The notes: generated by a model not told the origin, from the sequence alone. A DNA stretch of 63,956 nt, filler included, from Octopus bimaculoides (GCF_001194135.2; 6 parts of 6 records of this genome joined end to end with filler, not necessarily neighbours in it); one strand, 5' to 3'. Counted from the whole stretch's first letter, positions 1 through 12,097 are shown. A program made the numbers and translations.

Positions 1-339
1 TATATATGTATATATATATACATACATATATATATATATATATACATACACACGCTTATAACGTATGTTTTTTTGTGCATATATGTTTCTATATTTTTCG
101 CAATTTTTGAAGTTGTTCTATTCAATTGGAATGAATGAAATCTTCCAAGTTTTTTTCTTCTTCCTCGTATATAACTTCTTATCATCATCATCGTCATCAT
201 TATTATTCTGTTCTTATATTTTTGTAATTATTTAAAGTTGAGCTTTACCTTTCGTTTATTTATTTATTCCATGTTTTTGCTTTCCTCAATGAAATAATAG
301 TGTGGAGAGGGGCAGTTGAGAGAAACGAAGATCGTTTGT

Positions 340-551
340 GCGCAAATATGTATATATATGTGTGCGTATATGTGTATAAATATATATATGTGTGTCTGTA
401 CGGATGTACATACGTCTGTATGTATGCATATGTTTATGAATGTATATATGTATGTATATATATATATACACACGCATTATCTTCCATTCTTTATGCACTG
501 TTGTCTCTGTTTCTATGTCCCTCATTTCCTCTATCCCAATCTCTCAGAGTG

Positions 552-606
<55 letters not shown>

Positions 607-701
607 NNNNNNNNNNNNNNNNNNNNNNNNNNNNNNNNNNNNNNNNNNNNNNNNNNNNNNNNNNNNNNNNNNNNNNNNNNNNNNNNNNNNNNNNNNNNNN
701 N

Positions 702-756
<55 letters not shown>

Positions 757-1030
757 ATATATATATATATATGTATGTGTGTGTATATATATATATATAT
801 ATATAGATAGATATATACATATATAAATACATACATATATATACATATATATACATATATATGTATATGCATATATATGTATATACATACACATAAATAT
901 ATATACACACATATATATATATACATACACATACATTTATGTGTATGTGTGTGTATATATGTATGCATATATACACACAGATGCATACATACATACATAC
1001 ATACATGTAAACACACATTCATATGCACAC

Positions 1031-1115
<85 letters not shown>
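340..1115. repeat. Compound (TA)n/(TG)n/(CA)n/(AG)n microsatellite cluster with gaps
   Basis: Directly visible dinucleotide runs; source of the [12 protein letters not shown] pseudo-ORFs. Confidence 0.95.
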
Positions 1116-1393
1116 NNNNNNNNNNNNNNNNNNNNNNNNNNNNNNNNNNNNNNNNNNNNNNNNNNNNNNNNNNNNNNNNNNNNNNNNNNNNNNNNNNNNN
1201 NNNNNNNNNNNNNNNNNNNNNNNNNNNNNNNNNNNNNNNNNNNNNNNNNNNNNNNNNNNNNNNNNNNNNNNNNNNNNNNNNNNNNNNNNNNNNNNNNNNN
1301 NNNNNNNNNNNNNNNNNNNNNNNNNNNNNNNNNNNNNNNNNNNNNNNNNNNNNNNNNNNNNNNNNNNNNNNNNNNNNNNNNNNNNNNNNNNNN

Positions 1394-1446
<53 letters not shown>

Positions 1447-1448
<2 letters not shown>

Positions 1449-1650
1449 GGCGACGAGTTGGCAGAATTGTTATCGCGCCGGGCAAAATGCTTAGCAGCAT
1501 TTCGTCCGTCTTCACGTTCTGAGTTCAAATTCTCCCGAGGTCGACTTTGCTTTTCATCCTTTCGGGATCGATGAACTGGGGTTGATGTAATCCACTAGCT
1601 CCCACCCCCCAGAATTTCAGGCATTGTGCGTATAGTAGAAAGGATTATTA
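1447..1650 (+). mobile_element. tRNA-derived SINE, family B
   Basis: Head AAGGCGACGAGTTGGCAGAATTGTTA (A-box-like), GAGTTCAAATTC (B-box-like), core GTCGACTTTGCTTTTCATCCTTTCGGG, tail GTAGAAAGG(ATT)n; about ten homologous copies in the window. Confidence 0.85.
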
Positions 1651-1667
1651 TTATTATTATTATTATT

Positions 1668-1845
1668 AAAGCGTTGGCTTTGCAGAAACGTAAGAACATC
1701 TTGCTAATACTTTGTGTTGTTTTCCCCGATTCTTTGGACTCTGGTTTCAAGTCCCCGCGAGAATAACCCAGCATTGCTTCCCTCCGGGGTCGGTAAAATA
1801 AATCATCTGTCATGTTCTGAGGCCGATGACATCGACAACTGCTTC
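1668..1845 (+). mobile_element. Diverged family-B-like SINE in the (ATT)n tail of the preceding copy
   Basis: TTGCAGAAACGTAAG...GGTTTCAAGTCCC...CCCTCCGGGGTCGGTAAAATAA parallels the family B layout. Confidence 0.55.
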
Positions 1846-1903
1846 CCCTCAAAATTACTCTTATCTAAGAAATAACAGATAAAAGATATTCATACGTCTA
1901 AGG

Positions 1904-2290
1904 GGAGGCATGATTGTGTGGTAAGAAGTTTGCTTCCCAACCACATGGTTCTGGGTTCAGTCCCGCTACGTGGCACCTTGGGCAAGTGTCTTTTACTATA
2001 GCCTCGGGCCGATCAAAGCTCTGTGAATGGATTTGGTAGGCGGAAACTGAAAGAAGCCCGTTGTATATATTTATACATATGTATGTATGTCTGTCTGTGT
2101 CTGTCCTCCAGCATCTCTTGACAAACGATATTGGTGTGTTTATGTCCGCGTAATCTAGCGGCTCGGCAAAAAGGGCCGATAGAATAAGCCCCACCAGGCT
2201 TACAAAGAGTAAGATTTGGGACCGATTTGTTCGGCTAAAGGTTGTGCTCCAGCATGGCCGCAGTCAAACGACTGAAACAAGAAAAGGAGC
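1904..2290 (+). mobile_element. tRNA-derived SINE, family A (head + internal microsatellite + tail), near full length
   Basis: Head ...GTGGTAAGAAGTTTGCTTCCCAACCACATGGTTCTGGGTTCAGTCCC, GGCAAGTGTC core, internal TA/TG run, tail ending CAGCATGGCCGCAGTCAAACGACTGAAACAAG; more than ten copies in the window. Confidence 0.85.
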
Positions 2291-2945
2291 AAAAGACTAA
2301 ACATACAGATGATTCGATATATCTGTGTATACACACACTCTTATCTGTACGTGTGTGTGTGTTTGCATTTGTGTGTATGTGTGTGTGTGTATTTGTGTGC
2401 ATCTGCAGGTGCGTGTGTGTTTGCGTATGTGCGTCACACATACCCGTCGAAATCTGAGAGTTTTCTTTAATATATCATTGTAAGGCTCTTCCTCCGCACC
2501 CAAATCCTTTATTCAGTTTACATTCATTGTTTTCATGTACATAAAAACAGTCAGTTCTAAATTCATGCGCATGTGCGTGTGCGTTTGTGTGCGTATTCGT
2601 GTGTGTGTGTGTGTGTGTGTGTGTGTTTCTCATTTCTACATCCGAAACTCCTTGATATAACGGCAATACAATCAAAAGTCTACCACAACCAGATATAACT
2701 TCTTTCTTTGTAAGTGCTACTCCTCCTTCCCCTCCTGTCTTTTGAATACCTCTCCCCACCACGTCTCTCCAACTTACTGCAAATCGAGAAGACATACACA
2801 TCAATGGTGTTATTTAAAATACACAGTTTGCTTTTGGTTAGCCGGAAGGGAAATTCGAATTTGGAAGACAACAATATGGCTTCTTATAAAATACAGAGTT
2901 TGCTGCTAACTTGGAGAGTGTGCGAATGATCAGACAGCATGTGTG

Positions 2946-2989
<44 letters not shown>

Positions 2990-3853
2990 TGAGTGCGTGT
3001 ATATGTGTGAGTGTGTGTATCTATCTGCGTGCTTGCAAAAACGTATATATATATATATGCATACATGCATAAAACATGAAANNNNNNNNNNNNNNNNNNN
3101 NNNNNNNNNNNNNNNNNNNNNNNNNNNNNNNNNNNNNNNNNNNNNNNNNNNNNNNNNNNNNNNNNNNNNNNNNNNNNNNNNNNNNNNNNNNNNNNNNNNN
3201 NNNNNNNNNNNNNNNNNNNNNNNNNNNNNNNNNNNNNNNNNNNNNNNNNNNNNNNNNNNNNNNNNNNNNNNNNNNNNNNNNNNNNNNNNNNNNNNNNNNN
3301 NNNNNNNNNNNNNNNNNNNNNNNNNNNNNNNNNNNNNNNNNNNNNNNNNNNNNNNNNNNNNNNNNNNNNNNNNNNNNNNNNNNNNNNNNNNNNNNNNNNN
3401 NNNNNNNNNNNNNNNNNNNNNNNNNNNNNNNNNNNNNNNNNNNNNNNNNNNNNNNNNNNNNNNNNNNNNNNNNNNNNNNNNNNNNNNNNNNNNNNNNNNN
3501 NNNNNNNNNNNNNNNNNNNNNNNNNNNNNNNNNNNNNNNNNNNNNNNNNNNNNNNNNNNNNNNNNNNNNNNNNNNNNNNNNNNNNNNNNNNNNNNNNNNN
3601 NNNNNNNNNNNNNNNNNNNNNNNNNNNNNNNNNNNNNNNNNNNNNNNNNNNNNNNNNNNNNNNNNNNNNNNNNNNNNNNNNNNNNNNNNNNNNNNNNNNN
3701 NNNNNNNNNNNNNNNNNNNNNNNNNNNNNNNNNNNNNNNNNNNNNNNNNNNNNNNNNNNNNNNNNNNNNNNNNNNNNNNNNNNNNNNNNNNNNNNNNNNN
3801 NNNNNNNNNNNNNNNNNNNNNNNNNNNNNNNNNNNNNNNNNNNNNNNNNNNNC

Positions 3854-4090
3854 TCCGAAAGGATGAAAGGCAAAGTCGACCTCGGCGGAATTTGAACTCA
3901 GAACGTAACGGCAGACGAAATACCGCTAAGCATTTCGCCCGGCGTTCTAACGTTTCTGCCAGCTCGTCGCCTTAAATTATTCTTTTCTAAACTAGGGACA
4001 AGGCTCAAAATTTGGGGGAGGGGCTAGTCGATTAGATGGACCCCAGTACGTAACTGGTACTTAATTTATCGGCCCCGAAAGGATGAAAGG
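3854..4090 (-). mobile_element. SINE family B
   Basis: Reverse complement of the 1447 family (GGCGGAATTTGAACTCAGAACGT...CTGCCAGCTCGTCGCCTT), followed by a second partial copy. Confidence 0.8.
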
Positions 4091-4721
4091 CATACATACA
4101 TACATTCATACATACATAACTACATACATAAATTCATGCATACATAACTACATACACACATACATAACTACATTCATACATACATAAATACATTCATACA
4201 TACATAAATACATTCGTACATACATAAACAAATGCATACATGCATACATAGGCAAAAGCCCAAACGTACATTCAGTTTTATTCAGTAAGACTTAATATAA
4301 TTAACAGAAATAACTGAAAGTTTCCCACCAATATTGTTAATTTTTTTAATTAGGTAATTAATTTTATAAACATAATTCGCAAAATAATTGAAACTTTCTT
4401 AGCATAGACAATAGTTTTAATTATTTACGTAACAAAAATAATTAACAATGTCATATCACAGATAAATTTTTGTATTGATTTTGAATATGTTCATTTTGAG
4501 AAAAATTTAAATAAATTCAAATGATAAACTCAAATAATACATAATATCATTAAAAAGTAAAATTAATTAATGAATTATTTAGTTAATTAGACAGAATAAA
4601 ATTCTTAAATAAATAAAATAGAAATGATTAAAAGTTCATTTTAAAGAAATGTATATATAAATAGATAGATACACATACACCTCCATATGTTTATGAAGAT
4701 GTGGACATGTGTGTGTGTGTG

Positions 4722-4792
4722 TGTGAGGGTGTATATATAGATATAAATATATATGTGAGGGTGTATATATAGATATAAATATATATGTGAGG

Positions 4793-4800
<8 letters not shown>
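4722..4800. repeat. 32-bp minisatellite, about 2.5 copies
   Basis: GTGAGGGTGTATATATAGATATAAATATATAT repeated in tandem. Confidence 0.85.
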
Positions 4801-4832
<32 letters not shown>

Positions 4833-5066
4833 CAGAAAATTATTATTTGTAAAGCAGTACTCTGGAGGAAAGATTATTTGCCAATGTAACGTAGCAGTCC
4901 TGGTTAGGACGATGTTTCCTGGGATAAATAGCAGTAGCATTCGTCCTAACCTGGAATGCCACGTTATGTTGGCAAATGATTTCTATTATATATTTCGTTC
5001 TGGGACTTGGTTTGCAAAGTTCTTTATGTGAGTTCGTGTGTTGAAACATGTTTTGTCGTGTCTTAG

Positions 5067-5312
5067 GAGAGTCATTCTTATTTAGTGACTTCGTGTTTAA
5101 CACATTCACTGTTAAAATTTCCACTCATTTACTTATTAATTTTTCTAAAATTTTCTTTACGTGTTGCATCCTTTTCAATAGTCATTGACTCAACGGCTAT
5201 TGCATTGGTTGCAAGACGCAACGAAAATTTTAAGAAAAATAAATAAGTAAATGAGTGGAAATTTTGCCGGTGAGAGTGTTAAGTAATAAGACACTAAATG
5301 AGAATGACTCTC
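5067..5312. mobile_element. Foldback/MITE-like element, ~100-bp inverted arms (~85% identical)
   Basis: GAGAGTCATTCTTATTTAGTG...CGTGTTGCA pairs with TGCAAGACG...CACTAAATGAGAATGACTCTC. The ORF track shows mirrored peptides (MEILTVNVLN.. on -, MEILPVRVLS.. on +). Confidence 0.8.
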
Positions 5313-5354
5313 TCCAGACACAACTTTATCATATATACATATATATAATTTCAG

Positions 5355-5530
5355 ATTTTGTGCCTTTAGTAGAAAGGATTATTATTATTATCATTATTAT
5401 TATTATTATTATTAAGTCGGTAAGCTGGCAGAATCGTTAGCACGTCAGGCAAAATGCTTAGCGGCATTTCGTCCGTCTTTACGCACCGAGTTCAAATTCT
5501 GCCGAAGTCGACATTGCCCTTCATCCTTAT
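5355..5530 (+). mobile_element. SINE family B tail + (ATT)n + second family B head
   Basis: TTGTGCCTTTAGTAGAAAGG(ATT)n then AAGTCGGTAAGCTGGCAGAATCGTTAGC...GAGTTCAAATTCTGCC. Confidence 0.75.
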
Positions 5531-5777
5531 ATTGTTATATTTGATGGTGTTTTTGCTTTGATTTTTATTGTTGCTGTTGTTGTTGTTCTCGTGACTGTTG
5601 TTATACTGTAATTACCGATAATATTCATTTTTGCTGTTGTTTAACCCTAGGATATATGTCCGTATATGGTTTATGTTAAAGACGTTCAACTGGTGACCAC
5701 CATTCATCCAGTTTTTTTAATTTTTTTATTCAGACCATAGTTAAATCAAACGAAGCAATCTATTGTATTTCTCTGTA

Positions 5778-5918
5778 TTACATACAAAAATAAGAGGAAT
5801 GACCAGCAAATGTGGACTCCTATATGCTAGAAATAGATGCCGAATCATCTAACCACGAAAAAAATATGTTCTCAGTAAAAAATTTAGCGACGGTCATTCC
5901 TCTTATTTTTGTATGTAA
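5778..5918. mobile_element. MITE-like element with perfect 27-bp terminal inverted repeat (TA at both ends)
   Basis: TTACATACAAAAATAAGAGGAATGACC (5778-5804) versus GGTCATTCCTCTTATTTTTGTATGTAA (5892-5918). Confidence 0.7.
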
Positions 5919-6283
5919 CATAATTTTAATCTTCGGATCTTTTTAATATGCTAGACCACTGGTTTTAATTGATTAATATCAATTTCTACTCTCATTAATA
6001 AATTGTATTTCTCCGTATATGTAAGACAAAGGCGCGAAATTGTTATGATTCTTCGGACGACCACTGATGAGAGAAAAGCATCTCCACGTCTTGTGTGTGT
6101 ATTTTCCGTTGTCGTCCTGTGAAATTTTTAAAATCTTTTTTTTGTAACATAGTTAGATAAGACCTTGCGAAAGGAGATTAGTCTGCTATGTTTAGCAGCT
6201 TGAGCGATCACTACTTCTCTTCTTCTTCTTGTCGTCGTTGTTATGTTTCTATCGTTTCTTCTGTTTTTGTCACAACTTTTGTA

Positions 6284-6300
6284 CCGCCATCTTATGCGCA
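6284..6300 (-). promoter_or_regulatory. YY1-like AAGATGGCGG motif next to TGCGCA, possible promoter
   Basis: Minus strand reads TGCGCATAAGATGGCGGTAC in CpG-retaining unique sequence. The ATG gives only MAVQKL*, so it is not a CDS start. Motif match only. Confidence 0.3.
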
Positions 6301-6359
6301 GTTTATCTCCACAGCTGCTCTTACCAAATCTCAGTCACACCTTTTTTCACCACTTGTTG

Positions 6360-7215
6360 CCCTTCCCCCTTTCCCTCTCTCTCTATCTATTTATCTATCT
6401 CCTTTATGTAATCTTTCTCTGTCTCTCTCTCTCTCTCGTCTTATCTTCCTTCTTATCTCGATTCCTTTTCTCCACCTCTATTATTTCTGTATACCTCTCC
6501 ACTCTCTGTTCTTTCTCTCTCTCTCCATCTCTCACATTCCCCCTCCCATTAATTCTAGTCTTCTCTTTCCCCTTTTAACTCTCTCTCTCTGTCTCTCGCT
6601 CTATCTCTCTCTCTATTTGTTGTTACACCTATTCCCCTCGCCTCAGCACCTCCTAACCCTGTTTCCTCTCTCAATTTCCACCGATTCTATTCTTATCTCT
6701 CTTCCACTCACCTTCTCTTCCCCATACACTATCTCTCATTCTCTCTCTCTCTTTTTCTCTTATCTCTACTTCTTCTCCTCATCTTTACCTAATTCTATTT
6801 CTCCCTCTCACTCTCTCTTTCTTCCCATACGCTATCTTTCTTCCTCTCTCTCCCACATGTTATCCCTACTCTTCTTTCTCGTTCTTTCCTATCTCTACTC
6901 CTCATTCTCTTCATCTTTTCCTAACTTTATTTCTCTCTCTCCTTCTCACCACCTGTACCCCTCTCCCTCTCTCTCTCTCCCCCACATGCTATCCCTACTC
7001 CTCCGCATTCCCTCCTATCTTTACTTCTCCTTCTCCTCATCTATTCTTAGCTCTAATTCTTCCTCTCTCTCTCTCACCGCCTGCTCTCTCTCCCTCCCAT
7101 CACTCTCTTCTTCTCCCCCTCTCTCTTCCGCATACTATCCCTACTCTTCCTTCTCCACATTCTTTCCTATCTCTATTCCTGTATTCCTATCAATATTCCT
7201 CTATTCCTATATTCC
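6360..7215. repeat. Long CT-rich polypyrimidine tract with diverged ~125-bp internal duplications
   Basis: CCCACATG(T/C)TATCCCTACTC at ~6850 and ~6985, with similar motifs near 7135; almost no G on the + strand. Confidence 0.8.
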
Positions 7216-7392
7216 CCAAAGATGCTTCAACAATCAGATTAAGTTTCAAACTTACCAAACACTTTTTTTTATATTTCATTTACTCGTTTTTCTTCGTGTT
7301 TTTTTTTTTTTGTTAATAAAGAAACCATTTAAAACATCCACACAATTTATTCTTCAAACATTACTGCTGGCTTTAGATCCCTGTCTCTTTAC

Positions 7393-7425
<33 letters not shown>

Positions 7426-8251
7426 NNNNNNNNNNNNNNNNNNNNNNNNNNNNNNNNNNNNNNNNNNNNNNNNNNNNNNNNNNNNNNNNNNNNNNNNNNN
7501 NNNNNNNNNNNNNNNNNNNNNNNNNNNNNNNNNNNNNNNNNNNNNNNNNNNNNNNNNNNNNNNNNNNNNNNNNNNNNNNNNNNNNNNNNNNNNNNNNNNN
7601 NNNNNNNNNNNNNNNNNNNNNNNNNNNNNNNNNNNNNNNNNNNNNNNNNNNNNNNNNNNNNNNNNNNNNNNNNNNNNNNNNNNNNNNNNNNNNNNNNNNN
7701 NNNNNNNNNNNNNNNNNNNNNNNNNNNNNNNNNNNNNNNNNNNNNNNNNNNNNNNNNNNNNNNNNNNNNNNNNNNNNNNNNNNNNNNNNNNNNNNNNNNN
7801 NNNNNNNNNNNNNNNNNNNNNNNNNNNNNNNNNNNNNNNNNNNNNNNNNNNNNNNNNNNNNNNNNNNNNNNNNNNNNNNNNNNNNNNNNNNNNNNNNNNN
7901 NNNNNNNNNNNNNNNNNNNNNNNNNNNNNNNNNNNNNNNNNNNNNNNNNNNNNNNNNNNNNNNNNNNNNNNNNNNNNNNNNNNNNNNNNNNNNNNNNNNN
8001 NNNNNNNNNNNNNNNNNNNNNNNNNNNNNNNNNNNNNNNNNNNNNNNNNNNNNNNNNNNNNNNNNNNNNNNNNNNNNNNNNNNNNNNNNNNNNNNNNNNN
8101 NNNNNNNNNNNNNNNNNNNNNNNNNNNNNNNNNNNNNNNNNNNNNNNNNNNNNNNNNNNNNNNNNNNNNNNNNNNNNNNNNNNNNNNNNNNNNNNNNNNN
8201 NNNNNNNNNNNNNNNNNNNNNNNNNNNNNNNNNNNNNNNNNNNNNNNNNNN

Positions 8252-8313
<62 letters not shown>

Positions 8314-8676
8314 GTGTGTGAGGAGAGAATGGTAGTCTACTTCTGTGCGAATAAAATATCGACATGTTTAAATTAAATTTGCTTCATATTTGCAAACTTA
8401 TGAGTAAATTGTCAACACAATTCATGCGAGCGGAGAGGGACACTTGCACGAATCTGTCTGTGTGTATGTTTGTGTGTGTGCGTGTGTGTAGCTATATGTA
8501 GGTATGTGTTAGTGTGTGGTTTATTATTTGCAGTTGACACCTGATATATGTGTGCACATATTTTTCATCTGTATCCATCTGCTTTATATTTGTCAATTGA
8601 CAAGTGATTGTGTATGGCTATATAAATATATAAAGATATATATATATATATATGCACATATATACACATGCACACA

Positions 8677-8711
<35 letters not shown>

Positions 8712-8783
8712 CTAAATATGTACATATATATTTAACTATGTATCCATAGATATATGGTTAAATACATATATACCTGTAGGCAA

Positions 8784-8837
<54 letters not shown>

Positions 8838-9224
8838 GCGTCCACACATAATCTAATATATACCTTTCTGTTTCGAATTTATTATTTTTTTTTTTGCTGT
8901 GCGTGTGTATTTTTGTGTGCGTGGAGGATATGTGTGTGTATATGTGTGTGTGTGTGTGTGCGTGTGTATTTTCTGGATAGTTCAGTGTTTACGTTTTTCA
9001 ATGTCAAACGAATGCGTATGCCTATGTACATATATGCGTGTGAATGTAGAAGTTACGATAAAAATCGATAATTATACAAACGTGTATACATTGTATAATG
9101 TCTGGGTTGTTTATACATACATACATATATATATATATATAATTCTCTTTCCTTCTCTCTCCCCTTTCTTTATATATCGTTTATACATACACACATGCAC
9201 ACCCTCAAAAACACGTCCACACTG

Positions 9225-9287
<63 letters not shown>

Positions 9288-9959
9288 TACGTATATTCTA
9301 GATATTTATTTGTGTGTGGCTGTGGTGAGTGTGTGAGTGCGTGCGTGCGTTCGTGTCTGAAAATTTGCCTATGTTTGCGCGAGAAAATTTGATGTGAAAT
9401 TTGAAAGTAAACAATCCGATATGATTATAGTGTCCAAAATATTTTATATAAAGTTGTACCGAAACAAAATACTCTGCAAAAATAAACATCAATATGATGA
9501 AGCAAATATCGCCTCTTCTTTTTTTTTTACCTCATTTTCTTTTTTTATTTCGTTAGTAAAAAATTAAACTATGGCTTCTGACAAGATGTTGAATAAATCC
9601 ATCGTTAGAAATTGTTCCAATACGACTTTATAAGGATTAAAGTTTCAATTACAACATCGAAATTCCATATGACAGAGTCATTCGTTGCTTTATTTACAAA
9701 ATATTTTGATTTTCATCAACGTTGTCTTTTTTCTGTTTGTTTGTTGTTATACACGCGTTTCCGTTGCTATGATTAAACTTTTTGAAGTCCAAGGTTTGCA
9801 ATGCAAGTCGTATTATTTTACAGTCGGTATAGTATGTTTTAAAGATTTGAAACGGGAGTTCAAATCCCAGTCTCCAATATATAAGATCAAGTGGCTGGTC
9901 AATAGTTGATTCTTAAAAGCTTGTTGACGGTATCAATATTTAATCCTTTTGTTCGTCTT

Positions 9960-10285
9960 TATGTTCCGAGTTCAAATTCCGCCGAGGTCTGCTTTGCCTT
10001 TCAGCCTTTCGGATTCAATGAAATAAGAACCACTTGACCACTGCGGTCGATGTAATCGACTTTCACTCCACCCCCGAAATTGTTGGTCTAGTGTCAAAAT
10101 GGGAAACCAGTATTTCACTTCTTAGTCCGTCTTCATATTCTGAGTTCAAATTCCGCTGAGATCGATTTTGCCTTTCATCTTTTCGGGGCCGATGAAATAA
10201 GTACCAGTTGAACACTAGAGTCGATTTAATCGAGTTATACCCTCCTCCAAAATTGCCGACCTTGTGCCGAAATTCAAAACCAATA
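9960..10285 (+). mobile_element. Two tandem 5'-truncated SINE family B copies
   Basis: GAGTTCAAATTCCGCCGAGGTC...TTTCGG core occurs at ~9968 and ~10142. Confidence 0.8.
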
Positions 10286-10504
10286 TCTGATCTTTTTGCT
10301 ATCGCATTTCTATTCAAATGAACTGAAATTATTTCAATAAACAGCAAAGAATTTCTGACAACAATTTTGTCATTATCATGTTGGTGGTTGGAATAAGAAT
10401 TAACATGGAATGTTGATGGAAGTTTCGAGTTTACATCTCTTTAAAACTGGGAATCCTTATCACAGAATCAAGCGTAGTTTATGACGCGTCGGCACCAAAA
10501 AGGC

Positions 10505-10650
10505 TTAGTTGAGCGGCAAGAAGCTTGCTTCCCAACCACATGGTTCCTGGTTCAGTCCCACTGCGTGACACCTTGGGTACATATCTTCTACTATATTCTC
10601 AGGCCGACCAAAGTCTTGTGTGTGGATTTGGTAGACGGAAACTGAAAGGT
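10505..10650 (+). mobile_element. SINE family A head fragment
   Basis: AGCTTGCTTCCCAACCACATGGTTCCTGGTTCAGTCCCACTGCGTGACACC...GGATTTGGTAGACGGAAACTGAAAG. Confidence 0.8.
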
Positions 10651-10786
10651 AACCTTGCTTCGGATCGAGCTGGATGGCTAACAAAAGTGTGGAGTGGAGT
10701 GGGGTGGAGTCAAAGCTTTTGAAGAAACCAGGGTGTGTCATGTGAGACGCAAAAGAAATTTAAAGAAAAATGCTACGATCAACGCG

Positions 10787-10900
<114 letters not shown>

Positions 10901-10906
10901 GACATC

Positions 10907-10992
10907 TTTAAGTGCTACTAATAGTTTCATATGTTGAGATGAATTATGCTTGAGATATTTCTCAGCATATCAAACTATTAGTAGCACTTAAA
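10907..10992. other. 86-nt near-perfect hairpin (21 bp + 11 bp stem, 20-nt loop); mini-MITE or pre-miRNA-like
   Basis: TTTAAGTGCTACTAATAGTTT / AAACTATTAGTAGCACTTAAA is perfect; inner ATATGTTGAGA / TCTCAGCATAT has one T-G pair. Confidence 0.85.
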
Positions 10993-11129
10993 AATAAGTA
11001 TTGTGTACTTTAAATAAATGATATATATGTACATAAGGATATTATTGTATGTATGCGTATTATGTGTGTGTATACATATACGCATACATACATTCAATTA
11101 TACATACATGCACACACATACATACACAC

Positions 11130-11161
<32 letters not shown>

Positions 11162-11804
11162 ACACACATACATACACNNNNNNNNNNNNNNNNNNNNNNN
11201 NNNNNNNNNNNNNNNNNNNNNNNNNNNNNNNNNNNNNNNNNNNNNNNNNNNNNNNNNNNNNNNNNNNNNNNNNNNNNNNNNNNNNNNNNNNNNNNNNNNN
11301 NNNNNNNNNNNNNNNNNNNNNNNNNNNNNNNNNNNNNNNNNNNNNNNNNNNNNNNNNNNNNNNNNNNNNNNNNNNNNNNNNNNNNNNNNNNNNNNNNNNN
11401 NNNNNNNNNNNNNNNNNNNNNNNNNNNNNNNNNNNNNNNNNNNNNNNNNNNNNNNNNNNNNNNNNNNNNNNNNNGAGGAAGACGTATGAGGCTATATTAA
11501 TTACATGTTTTATATGAATTCGCCTTAAAGTTAAGAAATGACATTTTTCTAGTGTTTTCTCCGTCTTCGAGCGTTTGATGTACACTGACGATTCATTAAA
11601 GTGGAGAAAATGTGCAAGTGACGCGGAAAAGATTTAATAGAATATACAAAACGTACTTTACTTTCCATATCTTTTGTTTTTTCTTTTAACTTAAAAAAAA
11701 ATATGTATTTTTAAAGAAGCGTATTATTTTAGATTCAAGTTGTATTTTAAATTTACAACAACAACAACAACAATAATAATAATAATAATAATAATAATGA
11801 TGAT

Positions 11805-11880
11805 GGTTTCATTTATTTGCCATAAGGGCGAAGGATGAGAGGAACAATACAAAGACAGACATAAAGTGTAAAAAAAAAAT
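11805..11880 (-). mobile_element. Probable 3'-end fragment of the Tx1-like LINE
   Basis: TTTATTTGCCATAAGGGC...AAAGACAG resembles TTTATTGGCCACAAGGGC...AAAGACAGG at the LINE 3' end (35076-35130); flanked by (AAT)n. Confidence 0.45.
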
Positions 11881-11883
11881 GAA

Positions 11884-11942
<59 letters not shown>

Positions 11943-12097
11943 TAGAAAATGTTACCTATTAAAAAAAAAATTGATCAACGAGAATTCAATGGTCTTTAAG
12001 AGATTTTCTCTTACAAATTCTTATAAAGCAATGATAAGGATTATCTATATGCTTTACCGCTTATACTTGCGTTAGGCCAAGCAAGATAAGTAAGTAA

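Noticed and set aside
264-1522. Many long ORFs ([12 protein letters not shown], poly-X) here and throughout the track
   Set aside because: They are translations of microsatellites and N gaps that lack stop codons.
6188-8335. 715-aa ORF
   Set aside because: It runs through a CT-rich tract (few stops possible), a (CA)n run and an ~825-N gap; Ser/Leu/Phe low complexity with no domain.
11585-11612. CTGACGA...GAAA hammerhead-like core
   Set aside because: Stem II opens with T-A, and there is no compatible stem I or cleavage triplet; likely chance.
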